NCBI GenBank assembly: GCA_964644705.1
Contig: CAZXYF010000003.1
Span: 1 to 38,637 of the forward strand
Direction of reading: 5' to 3'
DNA from: an uncultured candidatus Brocadiaceae bacterium
Lineage (GTDB): Bacteria; Planctomycetota; Brocadiia; SM23-32
DNA length: 38,637 nt
Shown here: one piece after another, positions 27,879-38,314 of the stretch
How positions within the stretch are numbered: the stretch's first letter is position 1
Layout: each line of letters opens with the position of its first letter
Notes under the pieces: generated by a model
What the model saw: the letters and a program-made list of their open reading frames with translations, nothing else
Databases searched by the model: none
Told to the model about the DNA's origin: nothing
Position numbers and translations under genes: made by a program

Positions 27879-28871
27879 TTACTTATTGAGGTCGCGTTTG
27901 GGAGGAGTGGGACTATTGAGGAGCAGCGAAGGTTTGGTCCGAAGTTTCCGGATCAGTTTCTGCATGTTCTGGGTGGAGTGAAGCACGTTGCGGAGCGTGG
28001 AATTGAGCGCGCCCCGGTTTTCCTGCAGAAGGACATCCAGAGAGCGGGAAGCTTCACGGAGGCTGGCGCATGCCCGGGAAAAATCTTTAATCGCTTTGGA
28101 CATCTGGGTTCTGTTATTTTTCAGAAGTTTTTTGGTGTCACCGGACAGGGATTGGATGGAGCTGAAGGCGTCACCACCTTTCCCCACCGCCGAACGCACC
28201 TCATCCATTGTTGTATCCAATTCCTCGGATACCTTCCGCATGTCAGCAACGAGTTTATCGAGCCGACCGGCCACGGATATGAGGCTACCTTCGGGAGCAT
28301 TCCCGGCATGCGGATTTCCGCTGAGCAGTGTCCGTACATCGCTCAAAACCTTATTGGTATTGGTGAGCAGCTCATCGATGCTGGGACCATTTCGCTCCAG
28401 CAAAGAATTCATCCGTTGAACGCTGTCCAGCAGTGTTTCGAAGGCCAGTTTCACATCGGACTGACAGGTGGGGATCCGGTGATTTGTAACCTTGCGTCCT
28501 TCGGCGCGCGGACATTGCGATTCTCGCGGGGTCAGACTGATGCCCTGGGTCGCGGAAATATAGGAGGTGTAAGTCAGCTGGGCGGAAGTGTTGGGCGTGA
28601 CCAGCTCCGGTTTCTTGACAAGGTAATCGATGCGCACTTCCGGTTCTCCCGGGGTCGGGATGCTGACCTCGGTGACCTTTCCCACCTGGACCCCGTTGTA
28701 TTTAACGGGAGCGCCCTCATGGAGGTTCTCCACGCCGGTGAAGAAAGAGTGATAGATCTCCCCCTTCTTCCGGGTTTCGAGGTATCCGAGGAATGACAGG
28801 AAAAGGACGAAAAGCGCAACTCCTATGACGAAGAAAATGCCGGCTTTGATCTTCTCGCTTGTTGTAATCAT
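27879..28871 (-). CDS. mlaD: MlaD/MCE-domain protein
   Basis: KAGIFF TM anchor, VENLHEGAPVKYNGVQVGKV and a long C-terminal helical region. Confidence 0.9.
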   Translation of the reverse strand: MITTSEKIKAGIFFVIGVALFVLFLSFLGYLETRKKGEIYHSFFTGVENLHEGAPVKYNGVQVGKVTEVSIPTPGEPEVRIDYLVKKPELVTPNTSAQLTYTSYISATQGISLTPRESQCPRAEGRKVTNHRIPTCQSDVKLAFETLLDSVQRMNSLLERNGPSIDELLTNTNKVLSDVRTLLSGNPHAGNAPEGSLISVAGRLDKLVADMRKVSEELDTTMDEVRSAVGKGGDAFSSIQSLSGDTKKLLKNNRTQMSKAIKDFSRACASLREASRSLDVLLQENRGALNSTLRNVLHSTQNMQKLIRKLRTKPSLLLNSPTPPKRDLNK

Positions 28872-29659
28872 GCTTGTTGTTCCCTCACTTCCCGACACGG
28901 CTCGGTATCGGTAGTTCCACTGCACTGCAGGAACCGAACAACGGCGGGATTGGTGCTGTGTTTGAAGTCTTCCATTGTTCCTGTCTGCTGGATGTTCCCG
29001 CCGGATAAAAAGACGACGTTGTCGGAGATCCGCAGGGCGCTGGAAACCTCATGGGTGACGACGACGATGGTCGTACTCAGCGTGCGATTTATAAAAAGGA
29101 TCAGTTCGTCGAGCTGGTGGGCCGTGACCGGATCGAGTCCTGCCGAGGGTTCGTCGAAAAACAGGATCGGCGGGTCGAGGACCAATGCTCGGGCTATGGC
29201 GGCTCGTTTTTGCATGCCGCCGCTCAATTCAGAGGGCATTTTATGAAGAGCATGTTCCATATCCACCAGTCCGAGCTTTATCCTGACGAGTTGCTGTATG
29301 GCGTCCTCGTCCATGTCCGTGTGTTCCTGCAGGGGAGTTGCCACGTTCTCTGCGATATTGAGCGATCCAAAAAGTGCGCCGTGCTGGAACGTGACGCCGA
29401 CGTTGGTCAGGAATTTGCTCAACTCCTCCCGCTCGGCCTCGAGCACGTTTTTCCCCAGGACCCGGACGGTACCCTTCTGGGGTTCCACCATGCCGAGCAT
29501 GCTTTTCAATAGCGTGGTTTTCCCGCATCCGCTCGGACCGAGCACGCTCGTCACTTCACCATGATGGATATCCAGGTCAATATCGTTCAGGACCACGGAC
29601 CCTCCAAATGTCACCTTCAGGCCGCGGATGGTGATATCATTGGTGATGGAGTTGTTCAT
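28868..29659 (-). CDS. mlaF: MlaF-type ABC ATPase
   Basis: GPSGCGKT, FQHGALFGSL, PSELSGGMQKRAAIARAL and FFDEPSAGLDP. The start at 29659 overlaps the mlaE stop. Confidence 0.92.
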   Translation of the reverse strand: MNNSITNDITIRGLKVTFGGSVVLNDIDLDIHHGEVTSVLGPSGCGKTTLLKSMLGMVEPQKGTVRVLGKNVLEAEREELSKFLTNVGVTFQHGALFGSLNIAENVATPLQEHTDMDEDAIQQLVRIKLGLVDMEHALHKMPSELSGGMQKRAAIARALVLDPPILFFDEPSAGLDPVTAHQLDELILFINRTLSTTIVVVTHEVSSALRISDNVVFLSGGNIQQTGTMEDFKHSTNPAVVRFLQCSGTTDTEPCREVREQQA

Positions 29660-30765
29660 GTGTTGAGCATATAAAACAGGGTTGAAAAAAATCCATCGGC
29701 GACAATGATGAGCACAATGCTCCACACGACCGAGCGAGTGGTTGCATCCCCCACTTCCTCCGCATGGCCCTCCACCGAATGTCCGAACCAGCATCCAACG
29801 AACCCAATGATTATGCCAAAAACGGCACTCTTGCCGAGTCCTGTAACGATGTCCCGCAGGTGGATGGCGAGCTGGAGGCGCCGGAGAAAGGTGAGAGCAT
29901 TGACGTCGAAAAACACAGTCGAGGCAATGAATGAACCGGTGATTCCCACCAGATTGGAAACCAGACTCAAGACTGGAGCAACGAGTGCGAGGGAGGTCAC
30001 CTTGGGCACCACCAGATGTTTGGCGGGATTCATGCCCATCGTCCACATGGCGTCCACCTCCTCCCGGACTTCCATCGTGCCGATTTCGGCGGCTATCGCC
30101 GCACCGCTCCGGGCCGCCAGCATGATACCGACCAGGGCGGGGGCCAGTTCCCGGGTGAACCCCACCCCCACCATATCGGCGATCAACTGATTCTGACCCC
30201 AGTAGCTCAGCAGATAGGCCCCGTTGATCGAAAGAACCAGCCCGAATAGAAAGGATACCAACGACAGGATCGGGATCGCATGGGTGCCGTTACGTGAAAG
30301 TTCTTTGACCAGCTTGGTCCCATTAAATCCCTTCCCCACCAGCGGGGCAACGAAAAACCAGTAGGCCATGTCGTAGGCGAGGACGACCATGCCGGTAAAC
30401 GCATCAGCAAAGCTGTACCAGACCGTTCCGATGTATTCAAAGAAACCCGTTCGTGGTGGCTCCGAGGGAGGCTCTTTCTCGAAGAATTCTCCGTAACGGT
30501 AGAGTTCCAAACCGTTCTCAACGGATTCACTGACGTCGGTGAGTTCGAAACTCCCACCCGCCTCATCGATGGACTGGGTCAACTGCAACAGCCCCACCGT
30601 GCCGCGCGCATCGAGCCCCGTAACCTCCGACAGATCAACGTTCCAGGAAAGGGATGGATCATAATCCTCCAGCAGATCGGGCACATGCTGCAAAAGGCCT
30701 TCATCCAGCTTACCCTGTATTGAGAGCTCCACGGAACCCTCAGCGCTATTAACTCGAAGTTTCAC
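29656..30765 (-). CDS. mlaE: MlaE-type ABC permease with N-terminal STAS domain
   Basis: DLSEVTGLDARG (STAS), RELAPAL, ARSGAAIAAEIGTM and VGDATTRSVV. Confidence 0.92.
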   Translation of the reverse strand: MKLRVNSAEGSVELSIQGKLDEGLLQHVPDLLEDYDPSLSWNVDLSEVTGLDARGTVGLLQLTQSIDEAGGSFELTDVSESVENGLELYRYGEFFEKEPPSEPPRTGFFEYIGTVWYSFADAFTGMVVLAYDMAYWFFVAPLVGKGFNGTKLVKELSRNGTHAIPILSLVSFLFGLVLSINGAYLLSYWGQNQLIADMVGVGFTRELAPALVGIMLAARSGAAIAAEIGTMEVREEVDAMWTMGMNPAKHLVVPKVTSLALVAPVLSLVSNLVGITGSFIASTVFFDVNALTFLRRLQLAIHLRDIVTGLGKSAVFGIIIGFVGCWFGHSVEGHAEEVGDATTRSVVWSIVLIIVADGFFSTLFYMLNT

Positions 30766-30801
30766 GACCGGTCACCCCTCCGTGTATATGACAGGACATG
30801 G

Positions 30802-31206
30802 TTACCATGAGACCGTGTTGTCCACCCCGAAAGGGCGATCCATCGTTTCCTCCAGCTTGCGAATGAACGTATCCCACTTTGGGGGATATTGCGTGAAGCC
30901 TTCCCATTTATACAGGGAGCGGTCTCGCTCCAGCATGATCATCCAGTAACCGGGTTCTCCCACGTCGCCCGTCCCGTATCTCCGCTTTTCCCACTGAGAA
31001 AGGACGTTATCTTCCAGCTCCCAGAGCAGATCGCTCACGTCGCGCCAGGGGAGGTCGAGCTGTTCGGTGCGATGATGTGTTGTTCCCGGAGGGCGGTGGG
31101 TGTACACCACGGATTCGTCATCGGTGATAACTACTTCCCACATGCCTTCACGCCGGCCGTACAGCGTTGCCGAAAAAATAACGTTGGATCGCATGGCCTT
31201 TGACAT
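30802..31206 (-). CDS. Hypothetical protein
   Basis: 134-aa ORF in operon orientation with GAGG RBS; no recognised motif. Confidence 0.65.
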   Translation of the reverse strand: MSKAMRSNVIFSATLYGRREGMWEVVITDDESVVYTHRPPGTTHHRTEQLDLPWRDVSDLLWELEDNVLSQWEKRRYGTGDVGEPGYWMIMLERDRSLYKWEGFTQYPPKWDTFIRKLEETMDRPFGVDNTVSW

Positions 31207-31336
31207 AACGAATGTGTATCCTCAACCGGACTCGTTGTTTGGAATCGAAGCAATCTGTTGAAACGAGCTCTGTACCGGGTGTTATCCCACTTGCCGGGGG
31301 CCCGGTCCACGAAGGGACACCGGAGGAGCGGGCCGT

Positions 31337-31900
31337 TCAGTTGCCCAGAGGGATCCGCTCCAGCGGGGTGTAAACGGCGCCGCGCGGCGTGAGATCACTT
31401 TTCATCAAGACGATCTCCGTAGCCTCGACCTCCCCGAAATTGGACTGACCGGCCTCACGTGACAGGGCTTTGACGGGCGGACAGGACTCGTTTTTTTTCA
31501 ACCGGCCGAGGGTGACGTGAGGAACGAATTTCCGTTCGTCCGGCTCAACCCCGAGTTCATCGGCCAGTTTGGCATCGACATTCTGCGCCAGCTTAACTAA
31601 AATCCCCTCCGCCTCGTTTACGGGCGCATAGATCACGCGCGGGTTATCTTCATCGGGAAAAGCGGAGAGCCCCGAAACATCCATTGTGAAGGGGGCAGCT
31701 GCCTCGGCGGCCTCCTTGAGGGCATCGACGGCGTGCGGCACGTCCTCCTCATCAAGCTGACCGATGAATTTAAGGGTGAGGTGGGCACTTTCCGGGTCCA
31801 CCCATTTAACCGTCTCCACGACATGCTCCATCTGCTCGACGGCCGTGGCAAGATTGCGTCTGCATTCTTCGTCCAGTTGTATGGCGACGAAAGTGCGCAT
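31337..31900 (-). CDS. thpR: RNA 2',3'-cyclic phosphodiesterase (2H phosphoesterase)
   Basis: MRTFVAI, two HxT motifs (HLTLKFIG, PHVTLGR) and SDLTPRGAVY. Confidence 0.94.
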   Translation of the reverse strand: MRTFVAIQLDEECRRNLATAVEQMEHVVETVKWVDPESAHLTLKFIGQLDEEDVPHAVDALKEAAEAAAPFTMDVSGLSAFPDEDNPRVIYAPVNEAEGILVKLAQNVDAKLADELGVEPDERKFVPHVTLGRLKKNESCPPVKALSREAGQSNFGEVEATEIVLMKSDLTPRGAVYTPLERIPLGN

Positions 31901-31931
31901 TATAAATTCCTTTGTCCCTGTATTTTATGAG

Positions 31932-33608
31932 TTATTCGACGTCTTCTTCGCTGAGTTCAATCTGTTCGTACAGAATTCTGGCCTCTCCCAGGGCACGGCC
32001 CTCGGGGAGCAGTTCACCGGCATTGGTCCATTTCATGTCGGTCTCATCGCATCCGAGCATGGTCCCGGTTTTCTCGGCCGAGAAGGGGAGGAAAGGTTCC
32101 ATCACGATGCCGAGTGTTTTCAGGGCGTTCAGCAGGACGTTGATTACGGTGCCGCATTCCGTTGGGTTTTCCTTGCGCAACACCCACGGTTCACGCTGGT
32201 CGATGTAGCGGTTGCATTCGCGGGCGGCGGCCATGAAGGTTTCCAGTGCCGATTTGAACTCGTACTGCTCGATCAACTCACCGACCTCGTCCGGTAGGGC
32301 CCCCAGGGTGTTGACCAGCTTCCGATCCTCCTCGTTGAGCGTGCCTCGTGCCGGCACCTCACCGTCGAAATATTTATGTGCGAAGGACATCGTCCGATGG
32401 ACGAGGTTCCCGACATTGGCCGCCAGTTCATCGTTGTTGCGGGCGACGAAGTCGTCGAATTGAAAGGCGGTCCGCTGGTCCTCCGGGGCAATCATCGTGA
32501 GGTAATACCGCAGGGGGTCGGGATCATAGTTTTCCAGATAATCCTTGATCCAGATGGCCGTTCCCCGGCTGGTGGACATTTTCGTCTCATCTTCGCCCGG
32601 AAACTGGATGTTGAGAAAACAGTTTGCCGGCACGTCGGACGGCAGCTCAAACGATCCCTCCGCCATCAGCATGGCTGGCCACATGAGGGCGTGAAATACG
32701 ACGTTATCTTCGCCAATGAAATGGACGATTTTCGTGTCGGGATCCTTCCACCATTTTTCGTAGTCCTCCGCCTCGCCTCCCATCTGTTCGCACAGTTCTG
32801 CGGTGAAGGAGACGTATCCAATCGGAGCATCAAACCAGACGTATAAGACTTTGCCCTCTGCATCGGGATCATCTTCAATCGGGACGGGGATGCCCCAGTC
32901 CAGATCCCGCGTAACGGCGCGGTCGGGCAGGCCGGACTCCAGCAGGCCCTGGCTGAAATTCCTCACCATGGGGCGCCACTCTTCGTGGGAGTCGATCCAT
33001 TCACTGAGCTGCTGTTCGAATTTGGAGAGCAGGAAATACCAGTGCGTGGTTTCCCGCAGTTCCGGCGAGGTCCCCGATAACACACTTTCCGCTTCCTTCA
33101 GGAGGGTGGGATCGATGGGCTTACCACACGCTTCGCACTGATCCCCGCGTGCACCGCTGGCCCCGCAGTGATGGCAGACGCCCTCCACGTAACGGTCCGG
33201 GAGAAACATCTCCTCTTCCGGGTCATAGAGCTGCTCAATGGTCCTTTTCTCCAGGTAACCATTCTCGCGGACCCTGTTGAAAAAGTCCTGGCTGAATTCG
33301 GTGTGGGTCGGGGAGTTGGTGCCGCTGTAGATGTCGAAATCAATGCCGAGACCGTCAAAATCGGCCTTCTGGAGTGAACGATACTCCTCGTTCACCTCGC
33401 GGGGCGTCTTGTCCTCCTCCTGGGCGGTCAGAGCAACCGGTACACCGTAATCATCACTGCCACAGACGAATATCGCTTCCTCGCCAGCGCTGCGAAGATA
33501 GCGTACGTAGATGTCTGCCGGCAGGTAACATCCGGCAATGTGCCCGACGTGGAGGCGGCCATTTGAGTAGGGTAGAGCGGCGGTAACAGTATATCTTCGT
33601 TCAGACAT
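31932..33608 (-). CDS. metG: Methionyl-tRNA synthetase
   Basis: ALPYSNGRLHVGH (HIGH), zinc knuckle, YVWFDAPIGY and KMSTS; no C-terminal tRNA-binding domain. Confidence 0.97.
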   Translation of the reverse strand: MSERRYTVTAALPYSNGRLHVGHIAGCYLPADIYVRYLRSAGEEAIFVCGSDDYGVPVALTAQEEDKTPREVNEEYRSLQKADFDGLGIDFDIYSGTNSPTHTEFSQDFFNRVRENGYLEKRTIEQLYDPEEEMFLPDRYVEGVCHHCGASGARGDQCEACGKPIDPTLLKEAESVLSGTSPELRETTHWYFLLSKFEQQLSEWIDSHEEWRPMVRNFSQGLLESGLPDRAVTRDLDWGIPVPIEDDPDAEGKVLYVWFDAPIGYVSFTAELCEQMGGEAEDYEKWWKDPDTKIVHFIGEDNVVFHALMWPAMLMAEGSFELPSDVPANCFLNIQFPGEDETKMSTSRGTAIWIKDYLENYDPDPLRYYLTMIAPEDQRTAFQFDDFVARNNDELAANVGNLVHRTMSFAHKYFDGEVPARGTLNEEDRKLVNTLGALPDEVGELIEQYEFKSALETFMAAARECNRYIDQREPWVLRKENPTECGTVINVLLNALKTLGIVMEPFLPFSAEKTGTMLGCDETDMKWTNAGELLPEGRALGEARILYEQIELSEEDVE

Positions 33609-33656
33609 GGGTTAGCATCCAGGTGCGTTTTGTAAGTAACATAGCTCAAAAGGTTC

Positions 33657-33686
33657 AATATACCAATTCATGCCCCATTTTGACAA
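33657..33686 (-). promoter_or_regulatory. Putative promoter of the metG operon
   Basis: Minus strand TTGTCA, 18-nt spacer, extended TGgTATATT. Confidence 0.45.
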
Positions 33687-33905
33687 CCGTGTCTCCCGGC
33701 GACGGTGATTATTCCGAGGGTAGCTCCGATGCCGCAGCGGAAGACGTGGTGTGGGAGAGAATACAGGGGCGATGAGGCGGGCACGCAGCCGGTTGAGACA
33801 TTCCGTGAAGGCACCTGCGACCATTTGCGCTCGTGCGTGACTGGCATTAGAATTGCTCGTGTGTGGATCCCAACAAAAACGGTTTTCTCAGATAAAGGGA
33901 AGACG

Positions 33906-35597
33906 ATGAAAGAGAATCTTCTGACGACGGCCCTTCTGCTGACGGCGTGTGGACTCGTTATTTGTGCCATAAGCCTCTCGTGGCTGGAAATTCAGGAGTA
34001 TAAACACGGAGTTGATCGTGCGGATGTCACGATGCCGGAAACTGGAGGAGCGCCTGAGCCCGATACCACACCATCCGGGGAGGATAAGGGGAAAGAGACC
34101 GGGAGCATGAATCTGGTGCAATTTGCTCCCCAGAACGCCTTCGCACTGATCTCCATCAACGTTGCCCAGCTCGCAACGAGCGACGCCTGGAAAACAACTC
34201 CTCAACTCAAAAATATGGCGCAATCCCAGATGCAGTCCCTCGAGTCCGATGCGGTTGACCGCGCCGTCTTCTTCGTCTCGCCGAATCCGGCCGGGCAAGA
34301 CGCTGAACCGATAACGACGGGAATCATGTCGTTGAATGTATCCCCATCTAAGTTTGAAAACTTAATGGAGAAGAAATCCACGGGCACGGAAAAGGTGAAA
34401 AACCGTACGGCGTATAAGTCCGAAGGATATTACGGCGTTATTGTGGAGGATAAGGTGCTCATGGCGAAGAGCGTTGACTCGCTGTCGTCGATGATGGAGC
34501 GCTATGAATCCGGCGAGGGAGAAGCGCCGTCGAAACTGACCAGCGCACTTGAGCAGGTCTCCGGATCCTCGATCAGATTCGCGGCGGTGCCGCCGGGGGA
34601 TATGCGGGAAAAGGCCCTGCAGTCGGTGCCGGAAAACTACAAATTCATGCAGGATATGAACGCGGTCACCGGGGGAGTTGATCTGAGTGGTAAGGCCATC
34701 AAACTGGACGTGGATATGGAGTTTGCCGTCGCCGCGTCGGCGGAATCCGCAGCCAATGTGGCGAATGAACAACTGGATGGGCTCAAAGATCAGGTCTCGT
34801 CGATGATGGAGAAAATGGACGAGGCGGGAGAAAAGCAAAAGGAGATGGCGGAGGCTGTCAACCGCATTACGGATTCGTTTAAAATCGCGGCCGATGGGAA
34901 GAGCCTCAAGGTCAATGCCAATATCCAGCTCGAGGATGTGAGCAAAGCCATGGGGTTTGCGATGCAGCAGATAATGGGGGGGATGATGGCCGGGGGCGGT
35001 GGGAAACCGGAGACCAGAACCTCAAAAAGACGTTCGGGCCGCCGGAGCGCCGAGGAACCGAAGGAGGAGGCGACCAAAGAAAAAAGCACCGACACGACAG
35101 ACGAGGAACCTCTGCCCGCACTGAGCAAGAAACAGGCCTTGTCCATCATCAAAAAGGATGCCGGCATCGAGGTTCTTGAGGTTATGAAGGAAAACGTTGC
35201 GGCCAAAAAGTTGGATCGCTTTTATCCGACCCTGCAGATCGTCTATGTTTGGGCACGCGGACAAACCGGTGGACGTTCAATGGCGCAGATTCTTCTGGAT
35301 AAAAAATCCCAAAAGGTTGTGTTTGAACGGAGCGGCTCGGTGCTTCCTGCGCCGGCGTTGAAGGCCCGGTTCCTCAAACGAAAAGTAGAGGTGCAAAACT
35401 CCCAGGACATCAAGGATCTGTTCGGTGCGTACCTCACCATCACCGCTCCACAGGACGGCGTGCAGAAGGTGCAACAGACGAGCGATACGGAGTATACGGT
35501 GCTGGTGGGGAAGGGCGATGGACCGGCGAAGAAGAAGATCACCGTGAAGGTGAGCGATCAGGGCATGGTCAAAGATTGGAAATATGCGGAAGAATAA
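33906..35597 (+). CDS. Membrane-anchored multi-module hypothetical protein
   Basis: ATG 33906 after AAGGGAAG; N-terminal TM helix, acidic linker, large central domain, charged linker and basic C-terminal domain. Confidence 0.75.
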   Translation: MKENLLTTALLLTACGLVICAISLSWLEIQEYKHGVDRADVTMPETGGAPEPDTTPSGEDKGKETGSMNLVQFAPQNAFALISINVAQLATSDAWKTTPQLKNMAQSQMQSLESDAVDRAVFFVSPNPAGQDAEPITTGIMSLNVSPSKFENLMEKKSTGTEKVKNRTAYKSEGYYGVIVEDKVLMAKSVDSLSSMMERYESGEGEAPSKLTSALEQVSGSSIRFAAVPPGDMREKALQSVPENYKFMQDMNAVTGGVDLSGKAIKLDVDMEFAVAASAESAANVANEQLDGLKDQVSSMMEKMDEAGEKQKEMAEAVNRITDSFKIAADGKSLKVNANIQLEDVSKAMGFAMQQIMGGMMAGGGGKPETRTSKRRSGRRSAEEPKEEATKEKSTDTTDEEPLPALSKKQALSIIKKDAGIEVLEVMKENVAAKKLDRFYPTLQIVYVWARGQTGGRSMAQILLDKKSQKVVFERSGSVLPAPALKARFLKRKVEVQNSQDIKDLFGAYLTITAPQDGVQKVQQTSDTEYTVLVGKGDGPAKKKITVKVSDQGMVKDWKYAEE

Positions 35598-35658
35598 CCG
35601 CCCGTGCTCATTGGGGGGAGAGGAGAGATAGCGCCTGTGGTCTTTGGACGTTTTTGCG

Positions 35659-36666
35659 CTATTCATTCAGCACTACGGTTTCACCGCTGCGAATGGATTC
35701 TTTTACCGCCAGGCTGATTTCCACGGCCTTGCGACCTTCCCGTCCGTCGATCAGAGGGGGCTTGGAGTCTTCCAGGCAGTGGGTGAAATGTTCCAGTTCA
35801 TACGCGAAGAGGTCGTGTTCCGGGCGGTCCACCGTATGGGTGTTGTCGGGATTTGATCGTTTTACGTAATGCAGGTGTTCCGGGTTGTCGAAGGTGCCGC
35901 GCAATTCCACCAGCGCATGTTCATGCGCGAAGCAGCTGCTCTCGTGGGCAAAGCCCCATTCGCATGCCTGACCGCAGGCCACGGAGGCCATGGCGCCGCT
36001 CTGGAATTTGAGGCTAACGGCCGCGGTGTCCAGCTGGGGCTCACGGGCGGGATTGAATACATTGCCCCCTTCGGCGGTAACCCGATGCACCTCGCCAACA
36101 AGATAACGAAGCATATCGAAGACGTGTACGCTGTTCTCCAGCAGCGGCCCGCCACCATCTTCCTCCTCCCACACCCAATCCATATCGACGCGTCCACAGG
36201 CGTAGCGCAGGTTGGCCCATCGGATGGCTCCGAATTCCCCTTCGGATTGCTGTTTGACGAACTGAAAAGTGGGAGAAAAACGCTTTTTGTGCCCCACCAT
36301 CAATTGGACATCGTTCTCCTCACAGGCGTTGATCATCTTATCGCATGCCGCCAGGTCGGGAGCCATCGGTTTCTCGCAAAAAATATGGACGCCGCGTTCA
36401 GCCGCTTCGGCCGTGAAACACGGATGGGCTGAGGGCGGAACACACAGGCAGACAAAGTCCAGATTGTGGTTTCTCAACAGGTCCTGTCCCTCACAGTAAC
36501 CCTCGGCGTTGAGCTGCGTCGAGAGATGGGAAACGATGTGCTCTTTTTTGTCCGCTACTGCGACCAGGTCCACATTGTCCATGTTCGATAACACCATAGC
36601 ATGATGTTTACCGATACCCAGTCCGATAACTGCGGCTTTCAATTTCTCCACTGCGGATCTCCTCAT
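35659..36666 (-). CDS. Gfo/Idh/MocA family oxidoreductase
   Basis: AAVIGLGIG, HIFCEKPMA, GHKKRF and GGGPLLENSVHVFD. Confidence 0.92.
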   Translation of the reverse strand: MRRSAVEKLKAAVIGLGIGKHHAMVLSNMDNVDLVAVADKKEHIVSHLSTQLNAEGYCEGQDLLRNHNLDFVCLCVPPSAHPCFTAEAAERGVHIFCEKPMAPDLAACDKMINACEENDVQLMVGHKKRFSPTFQFVKQQSEGEFGAIRWANLRYACGRVDMDWVWEEEDGGGPLLENSVHVFDMLRYLVGEVHRVTAEGGNVFNPAREPQLDTAAVSLKFQSGAMASVACGQACEWGFAHESSCFAHEHALVELRGTFDNPEHLHYVKRSNPDNTHTVDRPEHDLFAYELEHFTHCLEDSKPPLIDGREGRKAVEISLAVKESIRSGETVVLNE

Positions 36667-36900
36667 GATAACAGCGCGTTTATAGTACGATTGGAACGGG
36701 ATGATCTGTCGGTGCCGCGGACAGAATCCCACCGAGACTGTTAGATGATATATGCGGGATACGACTGAATGTCAAGTTCTGAAGGATTGCAAACTGTAGA
36801 GTGACTGTTTAGAATCAGCACCGACCGGGGAGCCTGGACAGCGCCGCAGGGCGGGATCGAGCCACTCCTCATCGACGGTGAAACGAATTGGAATGGGCCG

Positions 36901-37073
36901 ATTGGGCTGGCAACTGTTTTGAATCCCGTTATCGGATACCACGCCGGGGGAAAATTGCCCGGAAAGCCGCTGAAACGGGACGCTCCATCCGGGAAATTGT
37001 GCTGGAAAGAGCACCTGTTTCGGAGCAGAAGCTCGACGATCTGCTGGAGGATGTCGTTGGGAAGGGGAGATGA
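36901..37073 (+). pseudogene. Frameshifted C-terminal remnant of class II fumarase / aspartate ammonia-lyase
   Basis: IGLATVLNPVIGY..., then a frameshift near the GGGGGAAAA run (~36946-36954) into IARKAAETGRSIREIVLE...EQKLDDLL. This matches the FumC/AspA C-terminal domain; the rest of the gene is absent. Confidence 0.8.
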
Positions 37074-37077
37074 CGGT

Positions 37078-37887
37078 TCAGCCCATCAGCAGCTTGAGGC
37101 CGGCGATCAGTGCCACCGCATAAATAATCACAGTGAAACCCCGATCATTCAGCTTGCGATTGAGGAAAACGCCGATAAGCGTGCCGAGAATAACCGCGGG
37201 CACAAGAACCAGGCTGGTCGCCAGTCGGGGGGCGGTGAACAATCCCTGGGCCGTAAAGGGCACGAGTTTGATGAGATTGCCGAAGAAGAAGTAGGTCACG
37301 GTCGTACCGACGAAAACCTCTTTCTCCATTTTTTGTGGAAGCAGGAAAAGTGCGACGATCGGGCCAGCTGAATGGGCGAGGGTGGAGGTCAGTCCCGCCG
37401 CGCTTCCCAGCCCCACCCCGTGCCACGGGGCCGGTCGGAACGGTTGTGTTGAGTCAGCCGATTGAGCCGAGCGGAAGTAACGCCACAGCTGGATGCCAAT
37501 AAAGAGTAGGCAGATCCCACCGACCATTTTCTGCAGCATCATCTCGCCCGTCAGAACCGTGCCGGGCAGACGGAGCGTATCCAGGTTGTCGAGCCAGCGC
37601 AGGATGAACCAGCCAATGCCGACACCCAGGACGCAGCCTGGCATCAGCATGAAAAGGTTGCGCCAGTTTTTCTGTCCCTGGTAATGGATGAGGGAAAATA
37701 CGTCGCCGGCGATGAGGACCGGCAGGAGGAGGGGCAGCATTTCCTGAGCGCTCCCCAGACCAATGGTCATCAGAGGCACCGCCAGTATCCCGGCCCCCGC
37801 CCCAAAACCCGCTTTGCTGAGTCCCACCAGCAGCGCGGATATACCGATGGCCGCCCAGGCGAAAGTGCTCAGTTGCAGCAGTTCCAC
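37078..37887 (-). CDS. TauE/SafE family sulfite exporter
   Basis: GLSKAGFGAGAG, LLPVLIAGDVF and STLAHSAGP; multiple TM segments. Confidence 0.9.
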   Translation of the reverse strand: MELLQLSTFAWAAIGISALLVGLSKAGFGAGAGILAVPLMTIGLGSAQEMLPLLLPVLIAGDVFSLIHYQGQKNWRNLFMLMPGCVLGVGIGWFILRWLDNLDTLRLPGTVLTGEMMLQKMVGGICLLFIGIQLWRYFRSAQSADSTQPFRPAPWHGVGLGSAAGLTSTLAHSAGPIVALFLLPQKMEKEVFVGTTVTYFFFGNLIKLVPFTAQGLFTAPRLATSLVLVPAVILGTLIGVFLNRKLNDRGFTVIIYAVALIAGLKLLMG

Positions 37888-38144
37888 TATCGGGTGATCT
37901 CCTCGGCTTTTGCTTCGGTCGGCGCCTCCTCAACCTCCGGGAGATCCCGTTCGGGAGTCGCATGTTGCGACTGAGCGATTTCGGTGAGAAGGCGTACAAC
38001 GACAATCATGCCAATAGAAAGACCGCCCAGGTAGAAAAATCGGAGAACGGGCGAGTGCCCCAGAATGCTGGCGATCACCATGACGGCACCGCAGTAACCG
38101 AGCCCTTCGAGAGTCACAAATTGATGGTCGTCTTTTTGCTCCAT
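37887..38144 (-). CDS. Small hypothetical membrane protein
   Basis: AGGAGG RBS, two TM segments and an acidic tail; translationally coupled to the TauE gene. Confidence 0.7.
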   Translation of the reverse strand: MEQKDDHQFVTLEGLGYCGAVMVIASILGHSPVLRFFYLGGLSIGMIVVVRLLTEIAQSQHATPERDLPEVEEAPTEAKAEEITR

Positions 38145-38314
38145 GAGTACCCTCCTGGAATATGGTGTTGCGAATCATTAATAGAATAACAAATATTGCG
38201 GTCCGGATGGAAGGAAGATCCGGGTTGGCTACTTAGCCCGATGCTGCGGGCGTCTGCGTTGTTTCGAAACGTGTCCGACAATAAGGGCACCGATGTTATG
38301 CGCTTTGAAAGGGA

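Noticed and set aside
28868-30046. 392-aa version of the ABC ATPase
   Set aside because: The N-terminal extension overlaps mlaE; the real start is probably 29659.
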